64,000 nt of DNA from a virus (IMGVR_UViG_3300042695_000536:8285-72284); one strand, 5' to 3'; positions 34,919 to 45,255 are shown, counted from the first letter of the stretch. Numbers and translations: made by a program. The notes: generated by a model not told the origin, from the letters alone.

Positions 34919-36463
34919 ATGGCATCAGGCAAGAGAATAGGTAAAAAGTCCCAAGCGTCAAATGACTTCTTGGAGCCATTAGCACCAACAGGTGTTGTTG
35001 GAACAAACGTTGGAACAGGAAGAGCATTTAATGACGGTGCCGTATCTGTAGCGTTTTCTTTACCAGCCCTTTCTCCTAATGCCACTTCTTTTACAGTAAC
35101 AGCAAGCACAGGACAGACAGCAAGTGGAGCAGCATCTCCCTTGACAGTAACTGGAATTGCTTCAGGAGCAACTCCAACATTTACAGTAACAGCAACTAAT
35201 GCTGCAGGAACTTCTGCTGCATCTGCTGCTTCTGCTGCAGTAACCGTAACAACAGTTCCACAAGCACCAACCGTAACAGCGGTTAACGTAGGAACAGGCC
35301 GCCCATATAACAATGGTGCAGCTACTATTACAATAACAGGTGGATCAAATGGTGGTTCTGCAATTGGTGGCTTTACTGCTACATCGAGCCCAGGTTCTTT
35401 TACTGCTTCTAGCGGTTCTCCACTAACCGTAACGGGACTTGCATCAGCAACAGCTTATACTTTCAGCGTAACAGCAACAAACGCTAACGGAACTTCAACA
35501 TCTACAACATCAAACTCGATTACAGCAACTACAGTTCCACAGGCACCTACAGTAACAGTAGCAGACGTAGGAACAGCACGACCATATAATAATGGTGCAG
35601 CTACTATTACAGCAACAGGCGGGGCAACTGGTGGTTCTGCAATCACATCTTACACTGCTACATCTGGCTCCTTTTCAGGGTCTGGATCTTCTCCAGTAAC
35701 TGTTCAATCTCTTCTTTCAGCAACCTCTTATGCTTTTACCGTAACAGCAACAAATGCCAACGGAACTTCAGCAGCTACAACATCGTCATCAATTACAGCA
35801 ACTACAGTTCCTCAAGCCCCACAATCACTCACTGCAACTGCTGGTGTTAATCAAAATACAATTAACTGGCAAATAGGAGCTTCTGGAGGATCTGCATTAA
35901 CACGACATAATGTTACTGGATCAGATGGATCTTCATCTGGAGATTTAGCGGCTAATGCAACTTCTGTAGTTATTGCTGATACAGCAAATACTTCTCAAAC
36001 ATATTCAGCTACAGCAACTAATGCTAATGGAACTTCCTTGGCTTCAAATAATAGTGCTAATATTACTACCATAGCACCGTTCTTCCCATTCTTCCCGCCG
36101 TTCTTCCCACCGTTCTTCCCGTTCTTCCCACCGTTCTTCCCACCATTCTTCCCACCGTTCTTCCCACCGTTCTTCCCGTTCTTCCCACCATTCTTCCCAC
36201 CGTTCTTCCCACCGTTCTTCCCACCGTTCTTCCCATTCTTCCCACCGTTCTTCCCACCATTCTTCCCACCGTTCTTCCCACCGTTCTTCCCACCATACTT
36301 CCCATTCTTTAAGGGCCCGTCCTTCCCATTCTTCCCACTATTCGGACCGTTCTTCCCACCATCATTCGGACCGTTCTTCCCATCATTCGGACCGTTCTTC
36401 CCATCATTCGGACCGTTCTTCCCACCGTTCTTCCCATCATTCGGTGGCTGGGGCGGATACTAA
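34919..36463 (+). CDS. FN3-repeat virion protein with C-terminal (PPFF)n low-complexity tail
   Basis: Four FN3-like units (PQAPT...YTFSVTATNANGTS), then about 120 aa of Pro/Phe repeats. Confidence 0.85.
   Translation: MASGKRIGKKSQASNDFLEPLAPTGVVGTNVGTGRAFNDGAVSVAFSLPALSPNATSFTVTASTGQTASGAASPLTVTGIASGATPTFTVTATNAAGTSAASAASAAVTVTTVPQAPTVTAVNVGTGRPYNNGAATITITGGSNGGSAIGGFTATSSPGSFTASSGSPLTVTGLASATAYTFSVTATNANGTSTSTTSNSITATTVPQAPTVTVADVGTARPYNNGAATITATGGATGGSAITSYTATSGSFSGSGSSPVTVQSLLSATSYAFTVTATNANGTSAATTSSSITATTVPQAPQSLTATAGVNQNTINWQIGASGGSALTRHNVTGSDGSSSGDLAANATSVVIADTANTSQTYSATATNANGTSLASNNSANITTIAPFFPFFPPFFPPFFPFFPPFFPPFFPPFFPPFFPFFPPFFPPFFPPFFPPFFPFFPPFFPPFFPPFFPPFFPPYFPFFKGPSFPFFPLFGPFFPPSFGPFFPSFGPFFPSFGPFFPPFFPSFGGWGGY
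36077..36445 (+). repeat. 9/12-bp coding tandem repeat TTCTTCCC(A/G)(CCG)
   Basis: Directly visible; encodes FFP/FFPP units. Confidence 0.95.
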
Positions 36464-36542
36464 TCAATTGTAAATTTATGATTATAAATACTTTTCTTTT
36501 CTAGAAAAGTATGATAAGATTGCATAGTCGAAATGAGATAAT

Positions 36543-37247
36543 ATGGAATGGTACGACCTACCAAGAATTGAAAAAACAAGTTCAAGAGTTGAGTCAAAAA
36601 AAATTGACGATAATATACTTGTTGAGAACCTAGACTACGGCATAAACCTTTATAGAAATGCAATAAGTCAAGAAGACTGTCAAAGAGTAATCACTATGCT
36701 TGAAGAAGAAATATCTTTAGGCAAAAACGGAATTCAATGGCATGGCGCAAAAGTTAATGGAAAAGAAAGAACTACTCACGCTAGAAATTGCTATGATTTA
36801 AAATTTAAAAAAGATCAGCTGGGTAAATATATTTCTGACAGCGATGTTTTAAAAGAATGCTACGATATTGTTGATGTAGGTTTAAATAAATCATTAAGAC
36901 ATTATGAATCAGTGTGGAATTTTACCATTAACTATAAAGAAGCATTCAACTTTGTAAAGTATTTGCCAGGAGAATTCTTTAAGATACATGCTGATCATGG
37001 TCCTTATTACACATGTACAGTATCTGCAGTTGTTTATTTAAATGATGATTATGAAGGTGGAGAAATTGAATTTCCTCGCCATAATCTTACATTAAAACCA
37101 AAGGCGGGGGACATAATTTTGTTCCCCTCTAACTTTGTTTATGAGCATGCTTCTTTAAATGTATCCTCTGGAACAAAATACTCTGTAGTTGTTATGATGG
37201 ACTATAATGATCTTTATCATAAAGAAGAGACTGGAGAAACTTATTAA
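36543..37247 (+). CDS. Prolyl-4-hydroxylase-like 2OG-Fe(II) oxygenase
   Basis: HAD...YLNDDYEGGEIEF...KPKAGDIILFPS...H...GTKY. Confidence 0.88.
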   Translation: MEWYDLPRIEKTSSRVESKKIDDNILVENLDYGINLYRNAISQEDCQRVITMLEEEISLGKNGIQWHGAKVNGKERTTHARNCYDLKFKKDQLGKYISDSDVLKECYDIVDVGLNKSLRHYESVWNFTINYKEAFNFVKYLPGEFFKIHADHGPYYTCTVSAVVYLNDDYEGGEIEFPRHNLTLKPKAGDIILFPSNFVYEHASLNVSSGTKYSVVVMMDYNDLYHKEETGETY

Positions 37248-38004
37248 AATATTATTTCAGCCATTTAGACCATGGCTAAATAAGTTCAGCTCATCTTTGC
37301 CCAAGCCTACACAGAGTACTATACCAGATTGGTATAAAGAAGCGGATAGGTTTGCAAAAATGCCAAACGGAGAATACTATAAGGCAACAAAAGAAATTTG
37401 TCCAGTTCCAAGAGAAGGAACATCAAATGACTATGGTAAAATTCCAACATGGAAAGCTTGTCCAGCTATACTAGATGCTTTTATGACAGGATATGTATTA
37501 AGCACTCCGTGCGATTTAGAATTTAAAAAAGACAAATATGGTAAAATAAGAGTTGACGTAAAAGATAAAAAGCATATCGGTTTTGTTTCAGAAAGAACTC
37601 CAATGGATCAGTTTCCATCTCCAATTGGGTACTACGAAGAGCATTTTGCTTGGTACCCAGAGTGGGGCATTCAGGTTCCAGAAGGATACAGCGCTTTGTT
37701 TATGACACCTATGAACAGATTTGACTTACCCTTTTTGAATACAAGCGGAGTTGTAGATACAGATAAGGTTCATCTACTAGGAACATTTCCATTTTTTATT
37801 GCAAAGGATTGGGAAGGAACAGTGCCAAAAGGCACCCCATTTTTACAAATATTACCGTTTAAAAGAGAAGACTGGGATCACGATATAGAGTTTTTAAGTG
37901 TAAACGAAATGCAAAAAAGATTAATAGACAATGCAAAATTTTATCGTCAGCCTGACGGTGGAGTTTATAAATCAAAAATTTGGAAAAAGAGAGAGTATAA
38001 ATGA
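37207..38004 (+). CDS. DUF6065-like protein
   Basis: PDWYK...KACPAILDA...W....PEGYSALF..P.NR...GVVDTD...KGTPFLQILPFKRE.W; start uncertain. Confidence 0.65.
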   Translation: MIFIIKKRLEKLIKILFQPFRPWLNKFSSSLPKPTQSTIPDWYKEADRFAKMPNGEYYKATKEICPVPREGTSNDYGKIPTWKACPAILDAFMTGYVLSTPCDLEFKKDKYGKIRVDVKDKKHIGFVSERTPMDQFPSPIGYYEEHFAWYPEWGIQVPEGYSALFMTPMNRFDLPFLNTSGVVDTDKVHLLGTFPFFIAKDWEGTVPKGTPFLQILPFKREDWDHDIEFLSVNEMQKRLIDNAKFYRQPDGGVYKSKIWKKREYK

Positions 38005-38711
38005 CAACAGAAACTAAAAGCATAGCCTCTACTTGGAGCAGCAAAGAGCAGCTAGCCCCAGGTATATTTGTTTATAGAGACGTACTTAAAAAAGAACTTG
38101 ATATTATCAATAGGCTTGAAAGTTCTGTTGGGCCAGTAGGAACTAAAGAAAAAAGATATACTTTCCAGCCAGCTTATGTTGGATATCAGCAATTAATGCC
38201 AGACTATAGAGATTGTGTAGATTTTAAATTTAAAAAAAGTGATATTGCTTTAGATAAAAGTGAAGATGCAATGAAGCTAAAAGAATTGTGGCAGGATGTG
38301 TATGATGTTCAATATCCAGCAGTTGTAGACTATTGCAAAGCACACAATATAATGGAGCTTAAATATTGGGAAGCTTTTAATTTTATTAAATATGGAGAAA
38401 GCCAACATTTTATGGAGCACCAAGACCACGGATATTCTTATAATTGCGTTGTGTCCTTGGTTGGTTATGTTAACGATGACTATGATGATGGAGGATTGTA
38501 TTTTAGACTTCAGGGCCTAGATATTAAGCCAAGAGCTGGAGACCTTTATATTTTCCCATCTAACTTTATGTACCCTCATCAAGCAAAAGCTGTAACCAAA
38601 GGAACAAAATATTCTATAGTAACTATGCTTGACTATAGTAAAAAATTTCATACTCAAGAGATGTATGATCCAAAATGGGATAACGAAATCAATGAAAATA
38701 ACAGCCTATAA
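38001..38711 (+). CDS. Prolyl-4-hydroxylase-like 2OG-Fe(II) oxygenase
   Basis: HQD...YVNDDYDDGGL.F...PRAGDLYIFPS..YPH...GTKY; paralog of 36543. Confidence 0.88.
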   Translation: MTTETKSIASTWSSKEQLAPGIFVYRDVLKKELDIINRLESSVGPVGTKEKRYTFQPAYVGYQQLMPDYRDCVDFKFKKSDIALDKSEDAMKLKELWQDVYDVQYPAVVDYCKAHNIMELKYWEAFNFIKYGESQHFMEHQDHGYSYNCVVSLVGYVNDDYDDGGLYFRLQGLDIKPRAGDLYIFPSNFMYPHQAKAVTKGTKYSIVTMLDYSKKFHTQEMYDPKWDNEINENNSL

Positions 38712-39414
38712 AAATAAACAGACTAGGTCTAAAATAGAACAAACTAAAGTTAAAAGAGACTGGATGGATGAAACTCTAAATGCCCATGCATACAAATGTT
38801 TTCCAGTTTCTTTGGCAAATACAATTGGTTGGTCAATCTCATTTTTAGATGATATTGAGTTCAGTTGGGATGGTATTTCAGATACGACTCCAGATCATGT
38901 AAAGATAATATCGGATCCAGCACAAGTCGCTACTGGCCAAAGAGCAAATGGCACAATTAGTTTTTACTCTGGGTTTTTCTTTGAGACGGATCCAAATGTT
39001 TCAATGCTTCAAATAGTTCCTCCTAATTTTTTTGTAGATGGAGCTACTCCGTTTACAACAATTATTTCAACATCTGTTTTGACAGAAGGAATACCAATTG
39101 CATGGAAAATAACAAGACCAAATACAGTTATTAAAATTCCAGCAGGTATGCCTGTAGCAACATTTATTCCCATATCTTTGTCAGAGTATCAAAATGTAGA
39201 GCTTGAAATAAAAGATAAAGTTTTTTCAGATTTAGAGCATAAACGTAGAAATGAAAGATTAAAGGTTTGGGACGAAATTACTCAGGCAGGCGAATTTACA
39301 AATTTTTATAGGGATGCAGTAGATTACGATGGCACTCCTATGGGAAGCGGCCATCATGAGGTTAAGTCTTTAAAGTTGAAGATTACAGACCTTACTTCAG
39401 GCAATAAGAAATGA
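38692..39414 (+). CDS. DUF6065 family protein
   Basis: RDWMDET...HAYKCFPVSLANTIGW...PPNFF...WKITRPN...G.P...FIP. Confidence 0.75.
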   Translation: MKITAYKNKQTRSKIEQTKVKRDWMDETLNAHAYKCFPVSLANTIGWSISFLDDIEFSWDGISDTTPDHVKIISDPAQVATGQRANGTISFYSGFFFETDPNVSMLQIVPPNFFVDGATPFTTIISTSVLTEGIPIAWKITRPNTVIKIPAGMPVATFIPISLSEYQNVELEIKDKVFSDLEHKRRNERLKVWDEITQAGEFTNFYRDAVDYDGTPMGSGHHEVKSLKLKITDLTSGNKK

Positions 39415-39426
39415 TATAATAATAAT

Positions 39427-40158
39427 ATGAATCAGACAAATCAAGACGCTTCAGTCGTATACAAAACCCCTTCCTTAACCCCTTCTGGGTTTTTTGGGTC
39501 AAGCAAAGACATGATAGTTGAGATAGAAAACTTTATGACCGAGGAAGAGATAGAGTTTCTCGAATCAGCTGCCAGAAAGATTACTATTTGGGATGTAACA
39601 GAAAGCCATGTAAATGAAAATGGTACAACTGTATACGACGCTAACTACTGGAAAGATAGAGTTTGCACAAGCCCTTCTTTAGACAAAAATGACCCAGCAA
39701 TTAGGCCAGTTCTTCAAGGTTTGTTTGAAAGGCTAAAGCCTATTGTTGAAGATTTTTATAAAGTTAAAGTAACTCCAACAGGCACAACAATTGTTCGCTG
39801 GCTTCCTGGCCAATTTCAAAAGCCTCATGCCGACAAAGAGCTTCACGAGCTGCCAGATATTGGAATGCCAAATGATTTTCCTTATTATGATCTTTCAAGT
39901 TTATTTTATTTAAATGATGAATACGAAGGTGGAGAATTATATTTTCCACTACAGGGAGTTCAATTTAAACCTAAAAAGGGAGCAGCTTATTTTTTCCCAG
40001 GCGATATGAATTATATCCACGGAGTAACTGAAATTAAAGGTGCTATAAGATACACTTGTCCATTTTTCTGGGAAATCTTAGAGCATACTGGAGAAAACCA
40101 ACCAGATCCAAATAAAAAATATCATAGAATACTACTAGATGGAGATATAAATAAATGA
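39427..40158 (+). CDS. Prolyl-4-hydroxylase-like 2OG-Fe(II) oxygenase (leaderless)
   Basis: HAD...YLNDEYEGGELYF...HGV...IRY; TGATATAAT just upstream. Confidence 0.88.
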   Translation: MNQTNQDASVVYKTPSLTPSGFFGSSKDMIVEIENFMTEEEIEFLESAARKITIWDVTESHVNENGTTVYDANYWKDRVCTSPSLDKNDPAIRPVLQGLFERLKPIVEDFYKVKVTPTGTTIVRWLPGQFQKPHADKELHELPDIGMPNDFPYYDLSSLFYLNDEYEGGELYFPLQGVQFKPKKGAAYFFPGDMNYIHGVTEIKGAIRYTCPFFWEILEHTGENQPDPNKKYHRILLDGDINK

Positions 40159-40898
40159 GTACTTCAGAAAGATTAACGCCAGACATTTTAGTATTTAAAA
40201 ACTTTTTAACAAAAGAAGAATCTAAAAAAGTTATAGATGTTTTAGAGGCGCAGGTTGCAAATGAAAAACTATCTTGGACACCTATCACTTTCTATGAATC
40301 ATACTCATCAGTTTTGCCCCAAGACGGGGATGAAGAGCTAGAGCAGTTCGGCTTGCCATCAGATTTCTTTTCAGTTCTTCAAAATAGAATTATTGATGCT
40401 GTAGCTGAGGTGCATGGAAATTCTTCATCTGATATTCATAAAATTGGATTTCATGCTCAAAAGTGGGAGCCAGGAGCTTATGCTAAAGAGCATTCTGACA
40501 ATACAGATTTAGAAGGAAAAACAGGCCCGTTTGAAAGAAGTAGATACGCAGCTTTCTTGTATCTAAATGATGATTTTGAAGGTGGCAATCTAATATTTAA
40601 TAAACAAAACCATACACTAGTTCCAGAGACTGGCACACTTGCATCTTTTGCAGGTGGCTTTGATAATACTCATGAGGTTACAATGATAACTTCTGGCATA
40701 AGATATACACTCGGATCATTTTGGGATAATCGGTCACCAGAGTCATATCCTCAAGAAACAATAGATGCCTGGGATGCAGAAATGAAAAAGATTAGAGAAG
40801 AGCAAGAAGTAATAAAGTCGGAATGGCAAGATGCATTAAAAGAAGGATACAGAATAGATCTATACGGAAATAAATACAAAATAGAGGAGAACGACTAA
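40155..40898 (+). CDS. Prolyl-4-hydroxylase-like 2OG-Fe(II) oxygenase
   Basis: HSD...YLNDDFEGGNL.F...HEV...GIRY. Confidence 0.88.
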   Translation: MSTSERLTPDILVFKNFLTKEESKKVIDVLEAQVANEKLSWTPITFYESYSSVLPQDGDEELEQFGLPSDFFSVLQNRIIDAVAEVHGNSSSDIHKIGFHAQKWEPGAYAKEHSDNTDLEGKTGPFERSRYAAFLYLNDDFEGGNLIFNKQNHTLVPETGTLASFAGGFDNTHEVTMITSGIRYTLGSFWDNRSPESYPQETIDAWDAEMKKIREEQEVIKSEWQDALKEGYRIDLYGNKYKIEEND

Positions 40899-41656
40899 TG
40901 AAGCTAGAAGAAAAATTACATGAAAATGTTTACATGTACTCAGATGTAATTGAGAATCCACAAGCAATTATTGATTTGATAAATAAGCTAGATTCTGATG
41001 AAAGAGTTCACAAGGTTATTCCAAGCTGGAAAAACTGGAATTCAAGCAGCAGAGACGGTAACATCTTCGGAAAGAAAAAGGACTTTAATCTTTCTGAAGT
41101 AGAAAATTTAGATGAAGATATAAGAAAAGACGTAGACTTTATAATATCAACAATTAGAAATGCTATTAAAAATATATCAGAATCTTTTATTGTTGACAGA
41201 GGACTTAAGGGAGTTCCAAACGTATCACCATTTGTAGGTATCCAAAAATATATTGAAGGTTGTGCAATGGGCGCACACTTTGATAGACAGGCTGGAGATA
41301 ACAGCTTAGAGTGGTCGATTATTATTTATTGGAATGATGACTACGAAGGCGGAGAGATATCATTCGTTATCAGACCAGAAGATCTGAGATTAGAAATGAA
41401 TGGTCATCTTAGACCACCAGATGATGCGCTAGATCCAAGAACAAAAGACATGGTTACATTTACTGCAAAGCCAAAGGCTGGAAGCGCATTGATATTCCCG
41501 TCCACAGATCCATACAAGCACCAAGTTCATATCATGAAATCGGGAGAGAAGTTTATTACTCCTGGATTCATTTTTGTTGATGGGTATGTTGTTGGAGGTC
41601 CAGGAGGACCATCAGAAGAATATATCAAGGCCTATCACGAACAAAATCAGGAATGA
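40898..41656 (+). CDS. Prolyl-4-hydroxylase-like 2OG-Fe(II) oxygenase
   Basis: HFD...YWNDDYEGGEISF...KPKAGSALIFPS...HQV...GEK. Confidence 0.88.
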   Translation: MKLEEKLHENVYMYSDVIENPQAIIDLINKLDSDERVHKVIPSWKNWNSSSRDGNIFGKKKDFNLSEVENLDEDIRKDVDFIISTIRNAIKNISESFIVDRGLKGVPNVSPFVGIQKYIEGCAMGAHFDRQAGDNSLEWSIIIYWNDDYEGGEISFVIRPEDLRLEMNGHLRPPDDALDPRTKDMVTFTAKPKAGSALIFPSTDPYKHQVHIMKSGEKFITPGFIFVDGYVVGGPGGPSEEYIKAYHEQNQE

Positions 41657-41664
41657 TTTAACCA

Positions 41665-42252
41665 TTGCCAGATTATAAAATTGCAAAGTTATCTGATCAA
41701 GTTTATGAAATACAAAACTTTTTAACAAAAGAAGAACTTGATCAGGTAATGCAATTTATAAAAGCAAGGGGCGATTCAGACTGGCATGAAGAAAACATTA
41801 CTTACGATTTCTGGAAAGATAAAGTTTTAAATAGCAGTTTTATAAATGAAGACCCAATGTTTATTAAGATTTATGATAGAGTCTGTAGATTGTTTACTGG
41901 TTACGTACAAGTGACTGGAATAAATTTACAAAGATACTTGATAAACGATGCCCTAGGAGAGCATACTGACGATCATGAGGGCCATAGAATTAACGATGAA
42001 AAAATTTTTTATGGTGTAGTTATTTACTATAACGATGACTATAAGGGTGGAGAACTAAATTATCCAGATCTTAAAATAATTCATAAACCAACTGCAGGGT
42101 CATTGCTTTTACATGGAGGAGAAATACTTCACGGAACGCTTCCAGTTCAAGATAATATAACTAGATATATGTCTACAATGTTTGTAAAGCATAAACTAAA
42201 TGAAGTTGTGTCTTTAAATAAAGATGTTTTTGGAGAAATAAATGGAATATAA
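41665..42252 (+). CDS. Prolyl-4-hydroxylase-like 2OG-Fe(II) oxygenase
   Basis: HTD...YYNDDYKGGELNY...HGT...RY. Confidence 0.85.
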   Translation: MPDYKIAKLSDQVYEIQNFLTKEELDQVMQFIKARGDSDWHEENITYDFWKDKVLNSSFINEDPMFIKIYDRVCRLFTGYVQVTGINLQRYLINDALGEHTDDHEGHRINDEKIFYGVVIYYNDDYKGGELNYPDLKIIHKPTAGSLLLHGGEILHGTLPVQDNITRYMSTMFVKHKLNEVVSLNKDVFGEINGI

Positions 42253-42829
42253 AGGAACTAGCGGTCAAGAAAGATTTGTCACCCAATTGCTCAAAAATAA
42301 AGAAAATGGTTTTTATGTAGAGCTTGGTGCTTTTGATTCTAAGCAAGGAAGCAACACATATCATTTGGAAACAGATTATAATTGGAACGGCGTATCATTT
42401 GAGATAGACAAGCAAAGACATGCTGAATTTGTTGCAAACAGAAAGAACCCATGTATCCTTGGAGATGCTACACATTTTAATTATCTGTCCTACTTTGAAG
42501 AAAACAACTTCCCAAAACAAATTGATTATTTACAAGTAGATATTGATGCTGGATACACCCAGCAGGGAAATGCTGTTGGAAATCCTTATTTAACATTGCA
42601 TGGACTATTAGCAGTGCCTCTGAGCAAGTACAGATATTCTATAATAACTTTTGAACATGATGCACAAATTGAATATAACAATAAGGGCATGAGAGAAGCT
42701 CAAAGAGAAATCCTGTCCTCACTTGGCTACAAATTAGTTGTAAGACAATGGCATGAAGACTGGTGGGTAGACCCATACGCAATTGATTATCTAGAATATA
42801 GAGAACACTTTAATATGGGATGGACATAA
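42242..42829 (+). CDS. FkbM-like SAM-dependent methyltransferase
   Basis: GFYVELGAFD...SNTY.LE...WNGVSFE...IDYLQVDID...ITFEHD. Confidence 0.75.
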   Translation: MEYKGTSGQERFVTQLLKNKENGFYVELGAFDSKQGSNTYHLETDYNWNGVSFEIDKQRHAEFVANRKNPCILGDATHFNYLSYFEENNFPKQIDYLQVDIDAGYTQQGNAVGNPYLTLHGLLAVPLSKYRYSIITFEHDAQIEYNNKGMREAQREILSSLGYKLVVRQWHEDWWVDPYAIDYLEYREHFNMGWT

Positions 42830-43293
42830 TGAGTGGTCAGCTAAAGCAAGAGCATCACGATGTAGTTAAAGATTATCTTGAAACGGTAGCCAGTAAAAAA
42901 AGTGATGCGTACATGCTTACGATTGCAAGAGACGGGGAAGAGCCAGCAAGATCAATTATATTTTTCCCTAATGCCATTGAAGCAGCAGAAGCATATAACA
43001 TGTATAAGGACTGGGGATTTGCAAAGCAATATTTAACGGTTAGGCTGTATGAGCCAAATGGAAGAATTAACGAGAAGGTATTCAAGAGAAATCAAGCAGG
43101 GGATCCTACATTTTTAAGAACAAATTATATTGATATTACAGAAACCCTATTAAAGCTAAAGCCTTTAATTTCAATCGAATCATACGAAGATGCATGCATG
43201 GAAATAATGACCTCATTTGCCAAGGATAATTGGAGATTTGACCCAGAAAGATTCCTATCAAATCTGGGAATTGACAAAAAGCTAGACTCTTGA
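42829..43293 (+). CDS. Two-domain protein, fused paralog of 16182..16388 plus 15994..16185
   Basis: DWGFAKQYLTVRL..PNG and FAKDNWRFDPERF. Confidence 0.75.
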   Translation: MSGQLKQEHHDVVKDYLETVASKKSDAYMLTIARDGEEPARSIIFFPNAIEAAEAYNMYKDWGFAKQYLTVRLYEPNGRINEKVFKRNQAGDPTFLRTNYIDITETLLKLKPLISIESYEDACMEIMTSFAKDNWRFDPERFLSNLGIDKKLDS

Positions 43294-43324
43294 TTTTAGT
43301 AGTTGTTGTAGTATAATATTAAAT

Positions 43325-43492
43325 ATGACTCCTTATAAAAGAATCCCTAGAAGACATTTTACAGATCTTCAGTTTAACCCATACTTTAAGAGTCATGCCT
43401 TTATTGAAAGAACAGATGCCGCACACGAAAAGAATAAGCAGTCTGCCTCTAAGATAATAAAGAAATTAAAAAAACTATTTTTTAGGAAATAA
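43325..43492 (+). CDS. Small basic protein (leaderless)
   Basis: Manual translation MTPYKRIPRRHF...KKLKKLFFRK; TATAAT just upstream; TAATG coupling. Confidence 0.5.
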   Translation: MTPYKRIPRRHFTDLQFNPYFKSHAFIERTDAAHEKNKQSASKIIKKLKKLFFRK

Positions 43493-45255
43493 TGTCATAC
43501 TACCTTTCTACAATAAAAGATTCTCCTACGGGACTATGGAAGCTTGATGAGACTTCTGGCTCTGTTGCCTACGATATTTCTGGTTGCGGTAACAATGGAT
43601 CTTATGTGGGTGGAATTGAGATATCTGGAATGCCAATAGTCTCTGGAGGTCGGCATTCAAATAAAATAGATAGCACTAAATCAATTCAGTTTGTTATTTC
43701 AAAAGATTTTTCTGGAACGACTGGTACGGGAGGATTTGGAACCCCATCAACCTACGACAACGACTTTACGCTTGAAGCATGGTTTCATCCAAAAACGTTA
43801 ACATCTATAACTCCAATATTTGCAGATATAGATGGAATTGGTTTATATTGGGACAACGGCAACGTAGTTTTTAAATTAGAAAATGAAAGACTTGATTACT
43901 CTGTCCCTAATCCAAGCAGAGTGCTTCATGTTGTTGGAGTATATTCTGTAAGCTCAATGAGTTTGTATATAGATGGAGTTTTGGTTGAAAGCAAGCCCAT
44001 ATCTATATCTTTTACAAATCCAAGCATAACGTTATCATCTGGGCCAGCCCCAGCAGGAGAACATTTTATAATTGACTGTCCAGCAGTTTACAGATATGCT
44101 CTTTCTGGAAATTCAATATTATCGCATTACAATAATTTATTTTTAAATAATGATGAGCAGGTTTCAGTTCCAGAGCTAGGTGAGTTATTTATAGGGGCAG
44201 AAAGATATCAAGACATAGCAACAAAATATGTTTATCCTGTTCAGGTACCCTGGAGAGACCTTGTATACGATAATGCAGCATTGTCATATAGCCAAAATAA
44301 TAACAGTATTTATTTAAATTCAGGATTTACTAGCGGAGAGTTTATAGAAGATCTAGTTTTAAACATTACAAATCAATATGTATCTTCAAGGATAGAGTGG
44401 GTATCTTCAAAAGGAGTTTCAGTATATGTATCAGAAACATCTGAATCTGGCCCCTGGACACCGTGTGTAAATGGATCATCTATACCAGGATTTTCTCAAG
44501 GTTCTGGATTTTCTTCAAATAAAATACTATATTTTAAATTTGTGTTTACCTCTACAAACTCAGACATTTACTTGCCAGAGCTTTACTCTTTAAAAATTTA
44601 CTTCCATTCTGAAAAGAAAGTGTTTTCTCATAATGGAGGAAGCACATTGGCTACTTCGCAACCAACTATTGGAAGCACTTGGGACTTTGATGTATCAAAC
44701 AATAAATATCCAATTAGAACCAGAAACTCTGATAATGGAATAAGGCCAAAATCTTCAGCATTTTTTATAAACTCAGTAGAGGATGTTAGAAACATTGAAA
44801 TGATACTTACTCCAAAATCATTATCTAGTGGTAACCTTATATTTAATAAAACTGGAGAAGTAGAAACATCGTTTTCCTGGGCGGCAGGAGGGGCAATATC
44901 AAAATCTAATATTAGCAATGTATACGTAAATGGTCAGGACATTTCTTCGGCAACAAACATATCTTCTTATTTATATATAGGTGAGCCAAATTATATATTA
45001 ATAAAAACAGCTTCAACAATAACTGGACCCATTTGGTTTAATGGCAAGCAGCTTTTAGGAGTAAGGTCTGGAGTCCTTGACGATAACCAGTATCAGAATA
45101 TTGCACTGTACCCAGATCCATCAATTAGCCACCAAGAGCATTATGACCTTTATATAGGCAAATCTTTATCTGTTGGGCAAGGATCGTCAATGTCAATGAC
45201 ACAAGGGCCTGTGTCAACATACTCAAGAGACAGGGTAGTGTTCCAAACTCTGTAA
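43492..45255 (+). CDS. LamG/ConA-like lectin-domain virion protein
   Basis: WKLDETSG..AYDISG.GN.G...FTLEAW...HVVGVY...LYIDG. Confidence 0.8.
   Translation: MSYYLSTIKDSPTGLWKLDETSGSVAYDISGCGNNGSYVGGIEISGMPIVSGGRHSNKIDSTKSIQFVISKDFSGTTGTGGFGTPSTYDNDFTLEAWFHPKTLTSITPIFADIDGIGLYWDNGNVVFKLENERLDYSVPNPSRVLHVVGVYSVSSMSLYIDGVLVESKPISISFTNPSITLSSGPAPAGEHFIIDCPAVYRYALSGNSILSHYNNLFLNNDEQVSVPELGELFIGAERYQDIATKYVYPVQVPWRDLVYDNAALSYSQNNNSIYLNSGFTSGEFIEDLVLNITNQYVSSRIEWVSSKGVSVYVSETSESGPWTPCVNGSSIPGFSQGSGFSSNKILYFKFVFTSTNSDIYLPELYSLKIYFHSEKKVFSHNGGSTLATSQPTIGSTWDFDVSNNKYPIRTRNSDNGIRPKSSAFFINSVEDVRNIEMILTPKSLSSGNLIFNKTGEVETSFSWAAGGAISKSNISNVYVNGQDISSATNISSYLYIGEPNYILIKTASTITGPIWFNGKQLLGVRSGVLDDNQYQNIALYPDPSISHQEHYDLYIGKSLSVGQGSSMSMTQGPVSTYSRDRVVFQTL

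Noticed and set aside
36066-36305. Antisense ORF (GRTV)n, or the repeat as a CRISPR array
   Set aside because: Shadow of the PPFF coding repeat; units are 9-12 bp with no unique spacers and no cas genes
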